DNA of 64,000 nt, taken from contig CACECK010000005.1 in assembly GCA_902557965.1 (NCBI GenBank), positions 7,365 through 71,364 of the forward strand. The letters run 5' to 3'. Source of the DNA: an uncultured SAR86 cluster bacterium (GTDB lineage: Bacteria > Pseudomonadota > Gammaproteobacteria > Magnimaribacterales > D2472). Under the pieces are notes generated by a model. That model was given only the letters and a program-made list of their open reading frames with translations, ran no database searches and had not been told where the DNA came from. A program made the translations under genes and the position numbers. Shown here piece by piece: positions 38,630-48,423 of the stretch. Position 1 is the first letter of the stretch. Each line of letters opens with the position of its first letter.

Positions 38630-39709
38630 ATGAAAATAGATAAACAAAATTTAAATTTCTTAAATCAACTTTCTTCAGAGATAATCCTTCTTGATGAAGA
38701 GCTAAAAGTATTATGGTTAAACGAGTCTGCTCTGAATAAGGGATGGATATTAAATAAAAGTGCTGAAAATATAATTATCGACCAGTTTTCTGATAAGACA
38801 AAAAAATCATTAATGAGTTTTCTCTTAAAAGCTCTAAATAATGATGGGTCAAAAACTAAAAGAGAATTTGAACTAACAACTGCAGCGAAATCAAAGAGAG
38901 TGATTGATCTTACAGTAACTTGGAGCAACGAGTATGATGTGCTTATCCTTGAAATTTTGTGCACAGATAATTTAAATAAAATTATTGATTCTACGAAAAC
39001 ATTTTCAACACAAAAGATTGCTGCAAACTTAGCTAGAACACTTGCTCATGAAGTAAAAAATCCACTTGCAGGAATAAAAGGTAGTGCCCAGATTCTAGAG
39101 CAAAAATTGAAAGACTCGCACTCAGAGAAGTTCTTAAAAATAATAATTGATGAAACAGAAAGACTTAATCAGATAGTTACAAAGATTTTAACTCCTCCAT
39201 CAAAACCCAGCTTAGAATTCTTCAATATTCATTCAGCATTAGAAAAGGTTTATGCTTTAGCTGAAGCAGAAAAACAAGAGAATTTGAAGCTAGTCAGGGA
39301 CTACGATCCAAGCATTCCTAAGATTAATGGAGATGAAAATCTTTTTGTTCAAGCTATATTAAATCTAGTAAAAAACGCACAACAAGCAATTGAAAACGTA
39401 ATAGATCCTGAAATACAAATTAAATCTAGAATAAAATATAGTCACCCTATTAACGGAATATTACATTCAACAGTTTGTTGCATTGAAATATCTGATAATG
39501 GTATGGGTATTCCAAAAGAAATGCATGATCAAATATTTTTTCCAACTGTTTCAGTAAAAGAAAATGGATCTGGCCTAGGCTTAACCATTGCGCAAGATAT
39601 AATCAGAATGCATGGAGGAGGAATATCCTTTGATTCATCTGATGGTATGACAGTTTTTTCAGTAAGCATGCCACTAAATATTATAAAAAGAGAGACAAAA
39701 ATTGCATAA
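38630..39709 (+). CDS. ntrB: nitrogen regulation sensor histidine kinase NtrB
   Basis: 359 aa with a PAS-like N-terminus, H-box LAHEVKNPLAGIKGSAQIL, an N-box NLVKNAQQA and a G-box SDNGMGIP...GSGLGL. Confidence 0.85.
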   Translation: MKIDKQNLNFLNQLSSEIILLDEELKVLWLNESALNKGWILNKSAENIIIDQFSDKTKKSLMSFLLKALNNDGSKTKREFELTTAAKSKRVIDLTVTWSNEYDVLILEILCTDNLNKIIDSTKTFSTQKIAANLARTLAHEVKNPLAGIKGSAQILEQKLKDSHSEKFLKIIIDETERLNQIVTKILTPPSKPSLEFFNIHSALEKVYALAEAEKQENLKLVRDYDPSIPKINGDENLFVQAILNLVKNAQQAIENVIDPEIQIKSRIKYSHPINGILHSTVCCIEISDNGMGIPKEMHDQIFFPTVSVKENGSGLGLTIAQDIIRMHGGGISFDSSDGMTVFSVSMPLNIIKRETKIA

Positions 39710-41078
39710 AATATGGATCGCAGATGATGATCAAGCAATTAGATTAATTCTGGAGGAAAGCCTTGGTAGTGCAGGTTTTGCGACTAAGCTCTTTTCATCT
39801 GGCGAAGAACTAGTAAAAGAGTTAGAGAAAGAGAAACCTGATCTTGTTATAACTGATGTTCAAATGCCAGGGATGCTTGGATATGACATTCTCAAACATA
39901 TCGAAAATAATTATGACGATCTGCCTGTAATAATTATGACTGCATTTGCTGACATGCAAGCTGCTGTTGAGGCTTTTAGCGGGGGTGCTTTTGAATATAT
40001 CACCAAGCCATTTGACTTAGATGAAACCATCAAAGTCATAAAGAGAGCCTTAGAAGAAAAACCCAAAACAAAAGGCTTAAAGAAAGATACTGGCCTCGAT
40101 ATTATTGGTGAATCTTCACCTATGCAAAATGTGTTTAGAGCTATTGGAAAGCTATCAAATACTATTGCAACAGTAATGATTCAAGGCGAATCTGGTACTG
40201 GGAAAGAACTGATTGCTAAATCATTACATAAGAATAGTCCAAGAAATGACATGCCATTTATTGCCTTAAATATGGCAGATATACCTAAAGAGCTTGTCGA
40301 GTCTGAATTATTTGGTCATGAAAAAGGGTCATTTACTGGAGCGGTTGATAAAAGAATTGGGAGGTTTGAGCAAGCAAATGGTGGAACTCTGTTTCTTGAT
40401 GAAATTGGTGACATGCCTCTTGATTCTCAGACAAGGCTTTTAAGAGTGCTGTCAAATAAAGAATTTTATAGAGTTGGAGGTGATTCGCCTATCAAGGTAG
40501 ATGTAAGAATAATTGCAGCAACTCATCAAAATCTTAATAACTTAGTTTCCCAAAAAAAATTCAGAGAAGATCTTTTTTATCGATTAAATGTTATTAAAAT
40601 TGATGTCCCTGCCTTAAGAGAAAGAAAAGATGATATTGATGATTTGTCTAAGTTCTTTCTTAAAAATTATGCTAGTTCATTAGATGAAGAATTAAGAGTT
40701 CTTTCAAATGATGCAAAAAAACTTCTAGAAAAGTATGATTGGCCTGGTAATGTGAGACAGCTCGAAAATGTATGTTATTGGTTAACCCTAATGTCGCCAA
40801 CACAAAATGTTAAGGCGCAAGATCTTCCATCAGAAGTCAAAGACTTTGAGATGACAGATATACCATCTTCATCATGGGAGGATGGATTACAAAACTGGCT
40901 TAATAATGTATCTATGAATATTGAATCTGGTTTGTCAGATATCGCAATCACTAAGATTGAAAAAATGTTAATTAAGACTGCGCTTGAAAGATCTAATGGA
41001 AAGAAAAACGATGCTGCTCAGATCTTAGGATGGGGTCGAAATACGCTTTCAAAAAAAATGAAAGATCATGGTATCTAA
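39702..41078 (+). CDS. ntrC: sigma54-dependent response regulator NtrC
   Basis: 458 aa with a receiver domain (WIADDD...[11 protein letters not shown]), an AAA+ domain ([17 protein letters not shown]) and a C-terminal HTH. TTG start overlaps the ntrB stop by 8 nt. Confidence 0.9.
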   Translation: MHKIWIADDDQAIRLILEESLGSAGFATKLFSSGEELVKELEKEKPDLVITDVQMPGMLGYDILKHIENNYDDLPVIIMTAFADMQAAVEAFSGGAFEYITKPFDLDETIKVIKRALEEKPKTKGLKKDTGLDIIGESSPMQNVFRAIGKLSNTIATVMIQGESGTGKELIAKSLHKNSPRNDMPFIALNMADIPKELVESELFGHEKGSFTGAVDKRIGRFEQANGGTLFLDEIGDMPLDSQTRLLRVLSNKEFYRVGGDSPIKVDVRIIAATHQNLNNLVSQKKFREDLFYRLNVIKIDVPALRERKDDIDDLSKFFLKNYASSLDEELRVLSNDAKKLLEKYDWPGNVRQLENVCYWLTLMSPTQNVKAQDLPSEVKDFEMTDIPSSSWEDGLQNWLNNVSMNIESGLSDIAITKIEKMLIKTALERSNGKKNDAAQILGWGRNTLSKKMKDHGI

Positions 41079-41479
41079 ACAAGCGGAAGATTTTGAAGTT
41101 TCCACTCGTTAATTCCGCCTCTAAGAATTAGTAGATCTTTATACCCTTCTTTCATAAGAATTTCACCTGCATTTGGAGACACACTTCCCATTTCGCAAAC
41201 AAGAATAATTGCCTCTTTATTTTGAGGAATCTCATTTGATCTTTTATTCAAGTTTACAAAAGGAATGTTTATAGAGCCAGTGATATGACCACTCTGAAAT
41301 TGCTCTGAGTCTCTTAGATCAATTACGAATGCGTCATCATTGTTTGCTAGAAAAATTAAACTCTGTGGTGTTATTTTTTTACCGCCCTTTTTTGACGATG
41401 CATTAATTAACAGGAGAATAATAGCTAGAAGTGGCAATGATAAAAAATAATGCTCAATTAAAAAATTTATTAGTTCCAT
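41075..41479 (-). CDS. membrane-anchored rhodanese-domain protein
   Basis: 134 aa with an N-terminal TM helix and a rhodanese fold with the active-site loop VCEMGSVS. Confidence 0.75.
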   Translation of the reverse strand: MELINFLIEHYFLSLPLLAIILLLINASSKKGGKKITPQSLIFLANNDDAFVIDLRDSEQFQSGHITGSINIPFVNLNKRSNEIPQNKEAIILVCEMGSVSPNAGEILMKEGYKDLLILRGGINEWKLQNLPLV

Positions 41480-41522
41480 GGGTATATTATCTATTAAAAT
41501 AACTGAGAATAATTAAAAAAAT

Positions 41523-42146
41523 ATGAAACAAAGAAATCTAATCCTAGTAAGGCATGGACAAAGTGAGTGGAATGAAAAAAATCTTTTCACCGGGTGGGAA
41601 AATCCTGGTTTAACAAAAAAAGGTAAATTAGAAGCAGTAAACGCTGGTATCTTAATAAAAAATCTTGATATTACTTTTGATTACTTGTTCACATCAGCAT
41701 TAATTAGAGCCCAATTAACAGGAACAATTATCCTTTCACAAATTAATCAAGAAGATATTCCAATCACTAGAGATAAGGCTCTGAATGAGAGGTTCTATGG
41801 TGACCTACAAGGACTAAATAAAGATGAATGTAGAGAAAAATGGGGAGAAGAGCAAGTACAAATATGGAGAAGATCTTATGATAAAGGGCCTCCAAGTGGA
41901 GAAACACTTAAGGAAACTGGTGAAAGAGTAATACCATATTATAAAAAAGAGATAGGTCCGCTTATAGCACAGGGATCTAATATTGTAATAGCTGCGCATG
42001 GCAACTCCCTTCGCTCATTAATTAAATTTCTTGATGGAGTATCTGATGAGGACATAGTGAAACTTGAAATTCCAACTGGCGCTCCTATTCACTATATTTT
42101 TGATCATGCCGGAAATATCCTTAACCGAAATAATCTTATTGAATAA
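41523..42146 (+). CDS. gpmA: 2,3-bisphosphoglycerate-dependent phosphoglycerate mutase (short form)
   Basis: 207 aa with LVRHGQSEWNEKNLFTGW, ERFYGDLQGLNK and AAHGNSLR. Confidence 0.85.
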   Translation: MKQRNLILVRHGQSEWNEKNLFTGWENPGLTKKGKLEAVNAGILIKNLDITFDYLFTSALIRAQLTGTIILSQINQEDIPITRDKALNERFYGDLQGLNKDECREKWGEEQVQIWRRSYDKGPPSGETLKETGERVIPYYKKEIGPLIAQGSNIVIAAHGNSLRSLIKFLDGVSDEDIVKLEIPTGAPIHYIFDHAGNILNRNNLIE

Positions 42147-43158
42147 ATTGGAAAATAAATCAATCGAATTCTCTTCATCCATCTGCGAGTGGTATAAACA
42201 ATTTGGGCGAAAAGACCTTCCATGGCGAAAAAAAGTTACGCCATATAGAGTATGGATATCGGAAGTTATGCTTCAGCAGACACAAGTAAAAACTGTCATA
42301 CCCTATTTCGATAAGTTCATTTCAAAGTTTCCTGATTTAGATTCCCTATCGACAGCCACCGAACAGGAAATCTTAGCCCTATGGACAGGTCTTGGTTTTT
42401 ATAGAAGAGCAAAGAATATATATGCTGCAAAACAAATTATTAAAGAAAATTATAATAATGAGTTTCCATCTTCATTTGAAGGTCTTATGAGCCTGCCTGG
42501 AATAGGAAAATCAACAGCAGGTGCGATATTATCTATCGCATATAAAAAATCTTTTCCTATATTGGATGCAAATGTAAAAAGGGTAATAGCAAGGCATGAC
42601 AAAATAGATTTATCTGATAAAAAATCTTTGAATAAACTTTGGTATTTATCAGAACTGTACACACCAAATAGAAAAATATTTGAATACACGCAAGGTATTA
42701 TGGATATTGGTGCAACTGTTTGTAGTATAAAAAAACCATCTTGTGAAGAGTGTCCAGTAAATTCAACTTGTAAAACTGCCTTTAAAGAAATTGAAATCAT
42801 CAAAAAAGTAAAAAAAGATAAAGCATGCAAAGAAATATTTTTTACTTTAGCTCACTCGAAAAATGAATTCCTTTTATTTAAAAAGAACTCGAAAAGTTTT
42901 TGGGAAAGTTTATGGATACCTTATGAGGGTAAAGAGACAAGATCAAATACAATTTTTAAAAAACCACACAAGAGTAATATCAAAAAATTTAGTCATGCCT
43001 TATCACATTTAGATTTAAATATAACAATAGAGATTTTTGATTATAAAAAACCGTTTCAAGTTAAAACTAACTTAGAGTATCAGTGGATTAATAGACGTGA
43101 TATTAAAAACTATGGTCTACCAAAACCAATAAAGCATATAATAGATAATCATGTCTAA
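42139..43158 (+). CDS. mutY: A/G-specific adenine DNA glycosylase
   Basis: RKDLPWR, PYRVWISEVMLQQTQV, GLGFYRRA, LPGIGKSTAGAI and the 4Fe-4S Cys cluster CSIKKPSCEECPVNSTC. No in-frame ATG lies near the start. The TTG at 42139 (or 42148) was chosen, so the start is uncertain. Confidence 0.8.
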   Translation: MNKLENKSIEFSSSICEWYKQFGRKDLPWRKKVTPYRVWISEVMLQQTQVKTVIPYFDKFISKFPDLDSLSTATEQEILALWTGLGFYRRAKNIYAAKQIIKENYNNEFPSSFEGLMSLPGIGKSTAGAILSIAYKKSFPILDANVKRVIARHDKIDLSDKKSLNKLWYLSELYTPNRKIFEYTQGIMDIGATVCSIKKPSCEECPVNSTCKTAFKEIEIIKKVKKDKACKEIFFTLAHSKNEFLLFKKNSKSFWESLWIPYEGKETRSNTIFKKPHKSNIKKFSHALSHLDLNITIEIFDYKKPFQVKTNLEYQWINRRDIKNYGLPKPIKHIIDNHV

Positions 43159-43420
43159 AAAAATCTTATGCAAAAAATTAAATAAAGAGTTACCTGCATT
43201 AAATATGCCTCCTATGCCAGGCCCAAAAGGAATAGAAATAATGAATACTATTTCTGAGGAAGCTTGGGAGTTATGGAAATCACATCAAACAACTTTAATT
43301 AATGAAAAACACTTAGACATGTCTGACCCATCAAATCGTAAGTGGCTAATAAATCAAATGGATAAATTTTTTAATAATGAGGATTACGAAAAAGCTGCTG
43401 GATTTAAAGCACTTGATTAA
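43151..43420 (+). CDS. yggX: Fe(2+)-trafficking / oxidative-damage protection protein YggX
   Basis: 89 aa. ISEEAWELWKSHQTTLINEKHLDM matches E. coli YggX. Sits downstream of mutY, as in enterics. Confidence 0.85.
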   Translation: MSKKILCKKLNKELPALNMPPMPGPKGIEIMNTISEEAWELWKSHQTTLINEKHLDMSDPSNRKWLINQMDKFFNNEDYEKAAGFKALD

Positions 43421-43512
43421 AATTTAATCAAAATTTTAGGTATTTTTTTCTCTCAAAATGACCAGATATTTTGATTTACAAAGCAAAAAAAATAGAGTTT
43501 AATTTTGATACT

Positions 43513-46116
43513 ATGTCAGATAAATCAAGTTCAAAATTCCCAGAAGAAGCAGAAGTAGTCATAGTAGGTGTTGGAGGTATTGTTGGTTCAATGCTGGCTT
43601 ATTGGCTAGCTGAATTTGGCCAAAAAAATGTTGTAGGATTAGAAAAATCTACAATAATACCCTCGGATATTGCTTCAACTGCTCATGCATCTGATTTTGT
43701 TTATAACACTACTCATGACAAATTAGGCTGCTGGACGACTGCATTTAGTAGAAAGTTTTATGAGGATAACGGATTCTTCTTAAAAAAAGGTGGTCTAGAA
43801 ATCTGCCGCAAAGATGACGATGAGCGATGGGAAGAACTAAAAAGAAAAGTTGCATCAGGAAAAGCCTTTGGTACAAATGTTCGATTAATATCTGCAGCTG
43901 AGGCAGTCGAAAAATTTCCATTGCTCGAAGAAGAGTCGATAAGAGGAGCTATGTGGGATCCAGATGCAGGCCTTGTGGTTCCGAGATCTCAAGAAGTTGT
44001 AAACTTTGCTGTTGAAAATGCTAAAGAAAAAGGTTCGCTAAAAACTTTTACTAATACTCCAGCTACTGGCTTTGAGACAAAAGATGGCAAAATTGTTGCA
44101 GTTAAAACCGATAAGGGGACAATTAAAACTAGTAAAGTAGTTATTGCTTCAGGAATTTGGGGGCCTTTAATGGGTGATATGGCAGGCGTCCGTGTTCCAT
44201 TAATGCCAGTTGAACATCCACTTTTATTTTTTGGACCATACGAAGAAATCCAAGACACAGAAGAAATGCTGGTTCACCCTCTACTAAGAGACCAAGGTAA
44301 TTCAGCATACGTAAGAGACACAGGAAAGTTTCATGGAGGAATGCTTGAATGGGGATATTATGAAGATAAAAATCCCAGACTAGTCGATCCTGAAGATATT
44401 GGAAACCCTGATAAGACTATGTTGTCTGATTCAATGAGGTATCTAGAACTCGATGAAATAGCAGAACCTTTAGAGAAAGCTTTTGAAACAACACCAATTC
44501 TTAGCGAATTGGGCTGGGATGAAAAGAGTTCATTTAATGGCCTACTATCTGTAACAGCAGATGCGGGTTCTTTAATTGGTGAAAGTCCTGAAGTTAGAGG
44601 ATTTTGGTTGTGTGAAGCCGTATGGGTAAAAGACGGGCCAGGTTGTGCCAGACTATGCGCTGAGGCAATGGTAAATGGCAAAACTCAAGTAGATATGCAC
44701 TCTTTTGATATATCAAGATTCTATCCACACCAAAAAGAAAGAGATTTTGTTAAAACAAGAGCGTTCGAGAACTCTCAAACTATTTACACTCCTGCAGTTC
44801 ATCCTAGGGAACCATACATAACCCAGAGAGAAATGTTTGTAAGTCCATTTTATGAAAGAGAAAAAGAACTAGGTGGACACTTTGAAAATGAAGTAGCTGG
44901 TTGGGAAAGAGCTCTAGCCTATACCAGCAATAGAGATAAACTTGAAAACTATCTTAAAGAAGTACCAAAAAGAGAAAATGAATGGGATGCTCGTCATGTA
45001 CCTTATGATGTGGCTAATGCTGAACACCTTGCTATGAGTGATTCTGTTGGCATGATTAATTTATCTCACTTTCCTATCATGGATATAAAAGGTCCAGATG
45101 CTGAACGTATGCTGGAGTACCTGTCAGTGGCAAAAGTTGGAGGCAATACTCCTGAGGGTAAAGTTATTTATACCAACTTTCTAGATGAAGATGGTGGAGT
45201 ACATGCAGATCTCACTATTTCACGCTTAGGTGCTGATAGTTATAGAGTTGTGACTGGGGGTGCTGATGGAAATCGTGATTGGGTTTCATTGAGAAACTAC
45301 AGAGATGATAATGGATTAAATGCAGATATAAATATTAGAACTCATGATATTGCTACGATAGGATTATGGGGGCCAAAAGCTGTAAATGCTTTAGGAAATT
45401 TTATAGATCCTAATAAAATTGATATACAGAATTTTCCGTTTGTAACTGCTAAGGAATTGACTCTTAATTTATCAGGTGGAAAAAAAGTAGATATTTGGGC
45501 AGCTAGAATTTCATATGTGGGTGAAAGCGGTTGGGAAATATATTTTAATAATAATAAAGAAGACGGTTTGGCACTATATGATTCATTGCTTGAAGTTGGA
45601 GTAGTTCCAGTTGGTATTGAAACATATGCCAACAGCAGACGTTTAGAAAAAAGCTTTAGACTTCAGGGCGCTGATTTAGAAACAGATTACACTGCTATTG
45701 AAGCAGCTATTCAAAGACCTTTGGTTAAAGAGGCTGACTTCCATGGCAAAGCAGCGCATCTTTCACAAAGAGAAGAAGATCCTTGTGCAATTCTATGCAC
45801 AATGACATTAGACGATCTAAATGTATCTGGAAATACAAGATACCCTGTTGGCATTTCACCAATTATTGATCCTACTTCAGGTGAAGTACCAATAGATAGC
45901 AAAGGTAGAAGGTCATATACAACTGGTATGTCTTATTGTCCGTCTCTAAAGAAATTTGTTGTAATGGGCTATCTTCCAAAAGAAATTGCTGTTAAAGGAA
46001 AGTCATTGCTTATCGAATATTTTGATGAAGGAGGTGATGGCTTATATCCCATGACTGTTCAAATAGTTGGCAAGGGATCTCTTTATGATTCCACAAACGA
46101 AAGAGTTCGTGCTTAA
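43513..46116 (+). CDS. FAD-dependent oxidoreductase fused to a GcvT-type folate-binding domain (dimethylglycine/sarcosine dehydrogenase family)
   Basis: N-terminal VVIVGVGGIVGS dinucleotide motif and DAO-like region. The C-terminal half has an aminomethyltransferase-like region (RISYVGESGWEIY). Start trimmed to the ATG at 43513. Confidence 0.75.
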   Translation: MSDKSSSKFPEEAEVVIVGVGGIVGSMLAYWLAEFGQKNVVGLEKSTIIPSDIASTAHASDFVYNTTHDKLGCWTTAFSRKFYEDNGFFLKKGGLEICRKDDDERWEELKRKVASGKAFGTNVRLISAAEAVEKFPLLEEESIRGAMWDPDAGLVVPRSQEVVNFAVENAKEKGSLKTFTNTPATGFETKDGKIVAVKTDKGTIKTSKVVIASGIWGPLMGDMAGVRVPLMPVEHPLLFFGPYEEIQDTEEMLVHPLLRDQGNSAYVRDTGKFHGGMLEWGYYEDKNPRLVDPEDIGNPDKTMLSDSMRYLELDEIAEPLEKAFETTPILSELGWDEKSSFNGLLSVTADAGSLIGESPEVRGFWLCEAVWVKDGPGCARLCAEAMVNGKTQVDMHSFDISRFYPHQKERDFVKTRAFENSQTIYTPAVHPREPYITQREMFVSPFYEREKELGGHFENEVAGWERALAYTSNRDKLENYLKEVPKRENEWDARHVPYDVANAEHLAMSDSVGMINLSHFPIMDIKGPDAERMLEYLSVAKVGGNTPEGKVIYTNFLDEDGGVHADLTISRLGADSYRVVTGGADGNRDWVSLRNYRDDNGLNADINIRTHDIATIGLWGPKAVNALGNFIDPNKIDIQNFPFVTAKELTLNLSGGKKVDIWAARISYVGESGWEIYFNNNKEDGLALYDSLLEVGVVPVGIETYANSRRLEKSFRLQGADLETDYTAIEAAIQRPLVKEADFHGKAAHLSQREEDPCAILCTMTLDDLNVSGNTRYPVGISPIIDPTSGEVPIDSKGRRSYTTGMSYCPSLKKFVVMGYLPKEIAVKGKSLLIEYFDEGGDGLYPMTVQIVGKGSLYDSTNERVRA

Positions 46117-46129
46117 ATAATTAGACTTA

Positions 46130-46158
46130 ATGACAACGGTTGTAAACTTGCCTATAAT
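46130..46158 (+). promoter_or_regulatory. candidate sigma70 promoter for tRNA-Phe (ATGACA-N17-TATAAT)
   Basis: -35 at 46130-46135, a 17-nt spacer and a perfect -10 at 46153-46158. The tRNA starts 17 nt downstream of the -10. Confidence 0.5.
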
Positions 46159-46174
46159 CCAAAGTTCAATTTAA

Positions 46175-46250
46175 GCCCAGATAGCTCAGTTGGTAGAGCA
46201 AAGGACTGAAAATCCTTGTGTCGGTGGTTCGATCCCACCTCTGGGCACCA
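46175..46250 (+). tRNA. tRNA-Phe (anticodon GAA), CCA encoded
   Basis: Hand-folded cloverleaf: GCCCAGA/TCTGGGC acceptor stem, GCTC..GAGC D arm, AAGGA-CTGAAAA-TCCTT anticodon arm, GGTGG-TTCGATC-CCACC T arm, terminal ACCA. Confidence 0.95.
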
Positions 46251-46257
46251 TGTATAC

Positions 46258-47406
46258 CTACCAAGATTTATCAATTTTTATTTTTGCATCTTTTATTCCA
46301 AAAGATTTATAAATTTCCATTAATAATTTTTTATGATCAATGCATCCACTTTCAGGTGCAATAACTCCTCTTTCTGATATTTCGTTATTAAGAAACATTT
46401 TGAGGCCAAGAGACAAAGGATATCCTGTCGCTTCACCCATTGTTAGTTCTCTTGATGACTCTCCATCAAGAGATACTCCAACAGCCTCCTCAGCACCATT
46501 TTTTAATCCAATTGCTAGAGCATAAATTTCTGGTAACGAGTTTAATTGAACATCCTTTTGTGAATTTTCTTGTTGTTCTAACCATTCTAAAAATCTTGCA
46601 GCCACATTTTTTGTAAGTATTTTTAGGTGAATTAATTTCCTAATAATTCTCAAAACAAAAATAGTAGATTTATTTCCATGAGCAAGATTGACTGAATTCA
46701 AAATATCTTTGAAATGGTATGGGAAAGTAATTGCCTCAGGATGACCAAAAATATATGCATTATAAGTTCCAATATTAGGGTATGAAACTTCTTGTTCTTT
46801 GAGAGGGTTAACCATAACAAATTTACCATTCTTAAATATTTTAACTTTTCCAGTAATTTGCTCAATACCATGGATCATTGCTGCGTTTGTTCCTTTTTGA
46901 GAAGACACACCCTCTGGTTGCGCCTCCTCCAAATTCCACCCTGTGTAAACTGTATGAGCTTTATCTAAATGATCTATTGCAATTTTTCCCAATAAATTTG
47001 TGATGCCAGGACTTGCCCCAAGACCTAGTATTGCTAGAAGTTTTTTTTCTTTAGCAATGTTGTTTAACTCTAACATTTTTTCAGTAGGTTCCCAGTCATC
47101 ACAAATATCCATGTAATGACAGTTGGCTTCAAGAGAGGTTTTTAGTACTTGATAGCCAAATTTAAAAAATGGCCCAACCGTGTTTAGAACAACATCGTAG
47201 TGAAATAAGATACTTAATAGGCCATCGGTGTCATTAATATCAATTTCGACTCCCTTTGAGTGGGTGCCTAGCTGAGAAGCGAATAATTCAGCGTCTTTTA
47301 AATTTAAATCTGCAATGGCTAGATCATCAACTTCTTCAAATGATGAAACGGATTTCGCAACGAATCTCCCCATGCCGCCACAAGCACCCAAAATTATTAC
47401 TTTCAT
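46258..47406 (-). CDS. saccharopine dehydrogenase-family NAD(P)-binding protein
   Basis: 382 aa with N-terminal VIILGACGGMGRFV. The overall sequence is like saccharopine dehydrogenase NADP-binding-domain proteins. Confidence 0.65.
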   Translation of the reverse strand: MKVIILGACGGMGRFVAKSVSSFEEVDDLAIADLNLKDAELFASQLGTHSKGVEIDINDTDGLLSILFHYDVVLNTVGPFFKFGYQVLKTSLEANCHYMDICDDWEPTEKMLELNNIAKEKKLLAILGLGASPGITNLLGKIAIDHLDKAHTVYTGWNLEEAQPEGVSSQKGTNAAMIHGIEQITGKVKIFKNGKFVMVNPLKEQEVSYPNIGTYNAYIFGHPEAITFPYHFKDILNSVNLAHGNKSTIFVLRIIRKLIHLKILTKNVAARFLEWLEQQENSQKDVQLNSLPEIYALAIGLKNGAEEAVGVSLDGESSRELTMGEATGYPLSLGLKMFLNNEISERGVIAPESGCIDHKKLLMEIYKSFGIKDAKIKIDKSW

Positions 47407-47440
47407 TTTTATGTATCTTAAACAAGGTTACAATACACAT

Positions 47441-48418
47441 ATGATATCAAAACAACAAACACCCATAAAATCAGGATTTCACGCTAAAACAAATGCTGAT
47501 GAAATTACAAAAGGATTAGATCTTAATGAAAAAATAGCTATTGTTACTGGTGGTTACTCAGGTATTGGTCTTGAAACTACGCGAGCGCTAGTTGACAAAG
47601 GAGCAAAAGTAATCATTCCCGCTAAAAGGATAGAGGTTGCTGCACAAAATCTTGAAGGTATAGTTTCGAAAGAAAATATTGTTGAAATGGACCTAGGTGA
47701 TTTAAATTCTGTTAAAAAATTTACAGAAGATTTTAAAGATAACATTGAAAAACTAGACCTGCTGATAAACAATGCTGGAATTATGGCTTGTCCTGAAACT
47801 AGAATAGGAAATGAATGGGAGAGTCAATTTGCCATAAATCATATAGGTCATTTCTTACTTACTAAAGAATTAATGGACACAATGGCTGAAAATGATGGTG
47901 CAAGGTTTGTCAGCCTTTCATCTTCAGCACATTCACTTACCGGAATACTTTGGGATGATATTCACTTTCAAAATAATCCTTACGACAAATGGATGGCATA
48001 TGGTCAATCTAAAACAGCATCATCATTAATTGCAATTGAGTTTCATCGAAGAATGATTAGTAAAGGTGTATCAGGTTATTCCGTTCATCCAGGTGGTATC
48101 ATCACTCCTTTGCAGCGTCATCTTCAAAAAGAAGAAATGATTGCTCTAGGATGGATGGATGAAAATGGATCGCCATCAGAAATGGCAAAAAATTTCTTTA
48201 AGACAACTAGTCAAGGAGCATCAACCAGTCTTTGGTGTGCTACGAGCTCAAACCTAGATGACATAGGTGGAGTATTTTGTGAAGACTGTGATGTTGCAAA
48301 AAGAAAAAATGAGGTGGATGAATCTCTTCAAAGATACTTTGGTGTAGCTGACTGGGCTGTAGATACCGATGAGGCATCTAAGTTATGGGAAGTTACCGAA
48401 AAAATGCTTGAATCTTAA
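47441..48418 (+). CDS. SDR family oxidoreductase (retinol dehydrogenase/WWOX-like)
   Basis: IAIVTGGYSGIGLET, NNAG and YGQSK. Start trimmed to the ATG at 47441. The track's upstream extension overlaps the divergent gene. Confidence 0.75.
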   Translation: MISKQQTPIKSGFHAKTNADEITKGLDLNEKIAIVTGGYSGIGLETTRALVDKGAKVIIPAKRIEVAAQNLEGIVSKENIVEMDLGDLNSVKKFTEDFKDNIEKLDLLINNAGIMACPETRIGNEWESQFAINHIGHFLLTKELMDTMAENDGARFVSLSSSAHSLTGILWDDIHFQNNPYDKWMAYGQSKTASSLIAIEFHRRMISKGVSGYSVHPGGIITPLQRHLQKEEMIALGWMDENGSPSEMAKNFFKTTSQGASTSLWCATSSNLDDIGGVFCEDCDVAKRKNEVDESLQRYFGVADWAVDTDEASKLWEVTEKMLES

Positions 48419-48423
48419 AACAA

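Noticed and set aside
43421-43512. A possible riboswitch or leader (for example glycine/THF-type) in the 92-nt spacer upstream of the dimethylglycine/sarcosine-dehydrogenase-like gene.
   Set aside because: I could not fold a conserved-looking structure or recognise any riboswitch core motif. The spacer is almost pure A/T.
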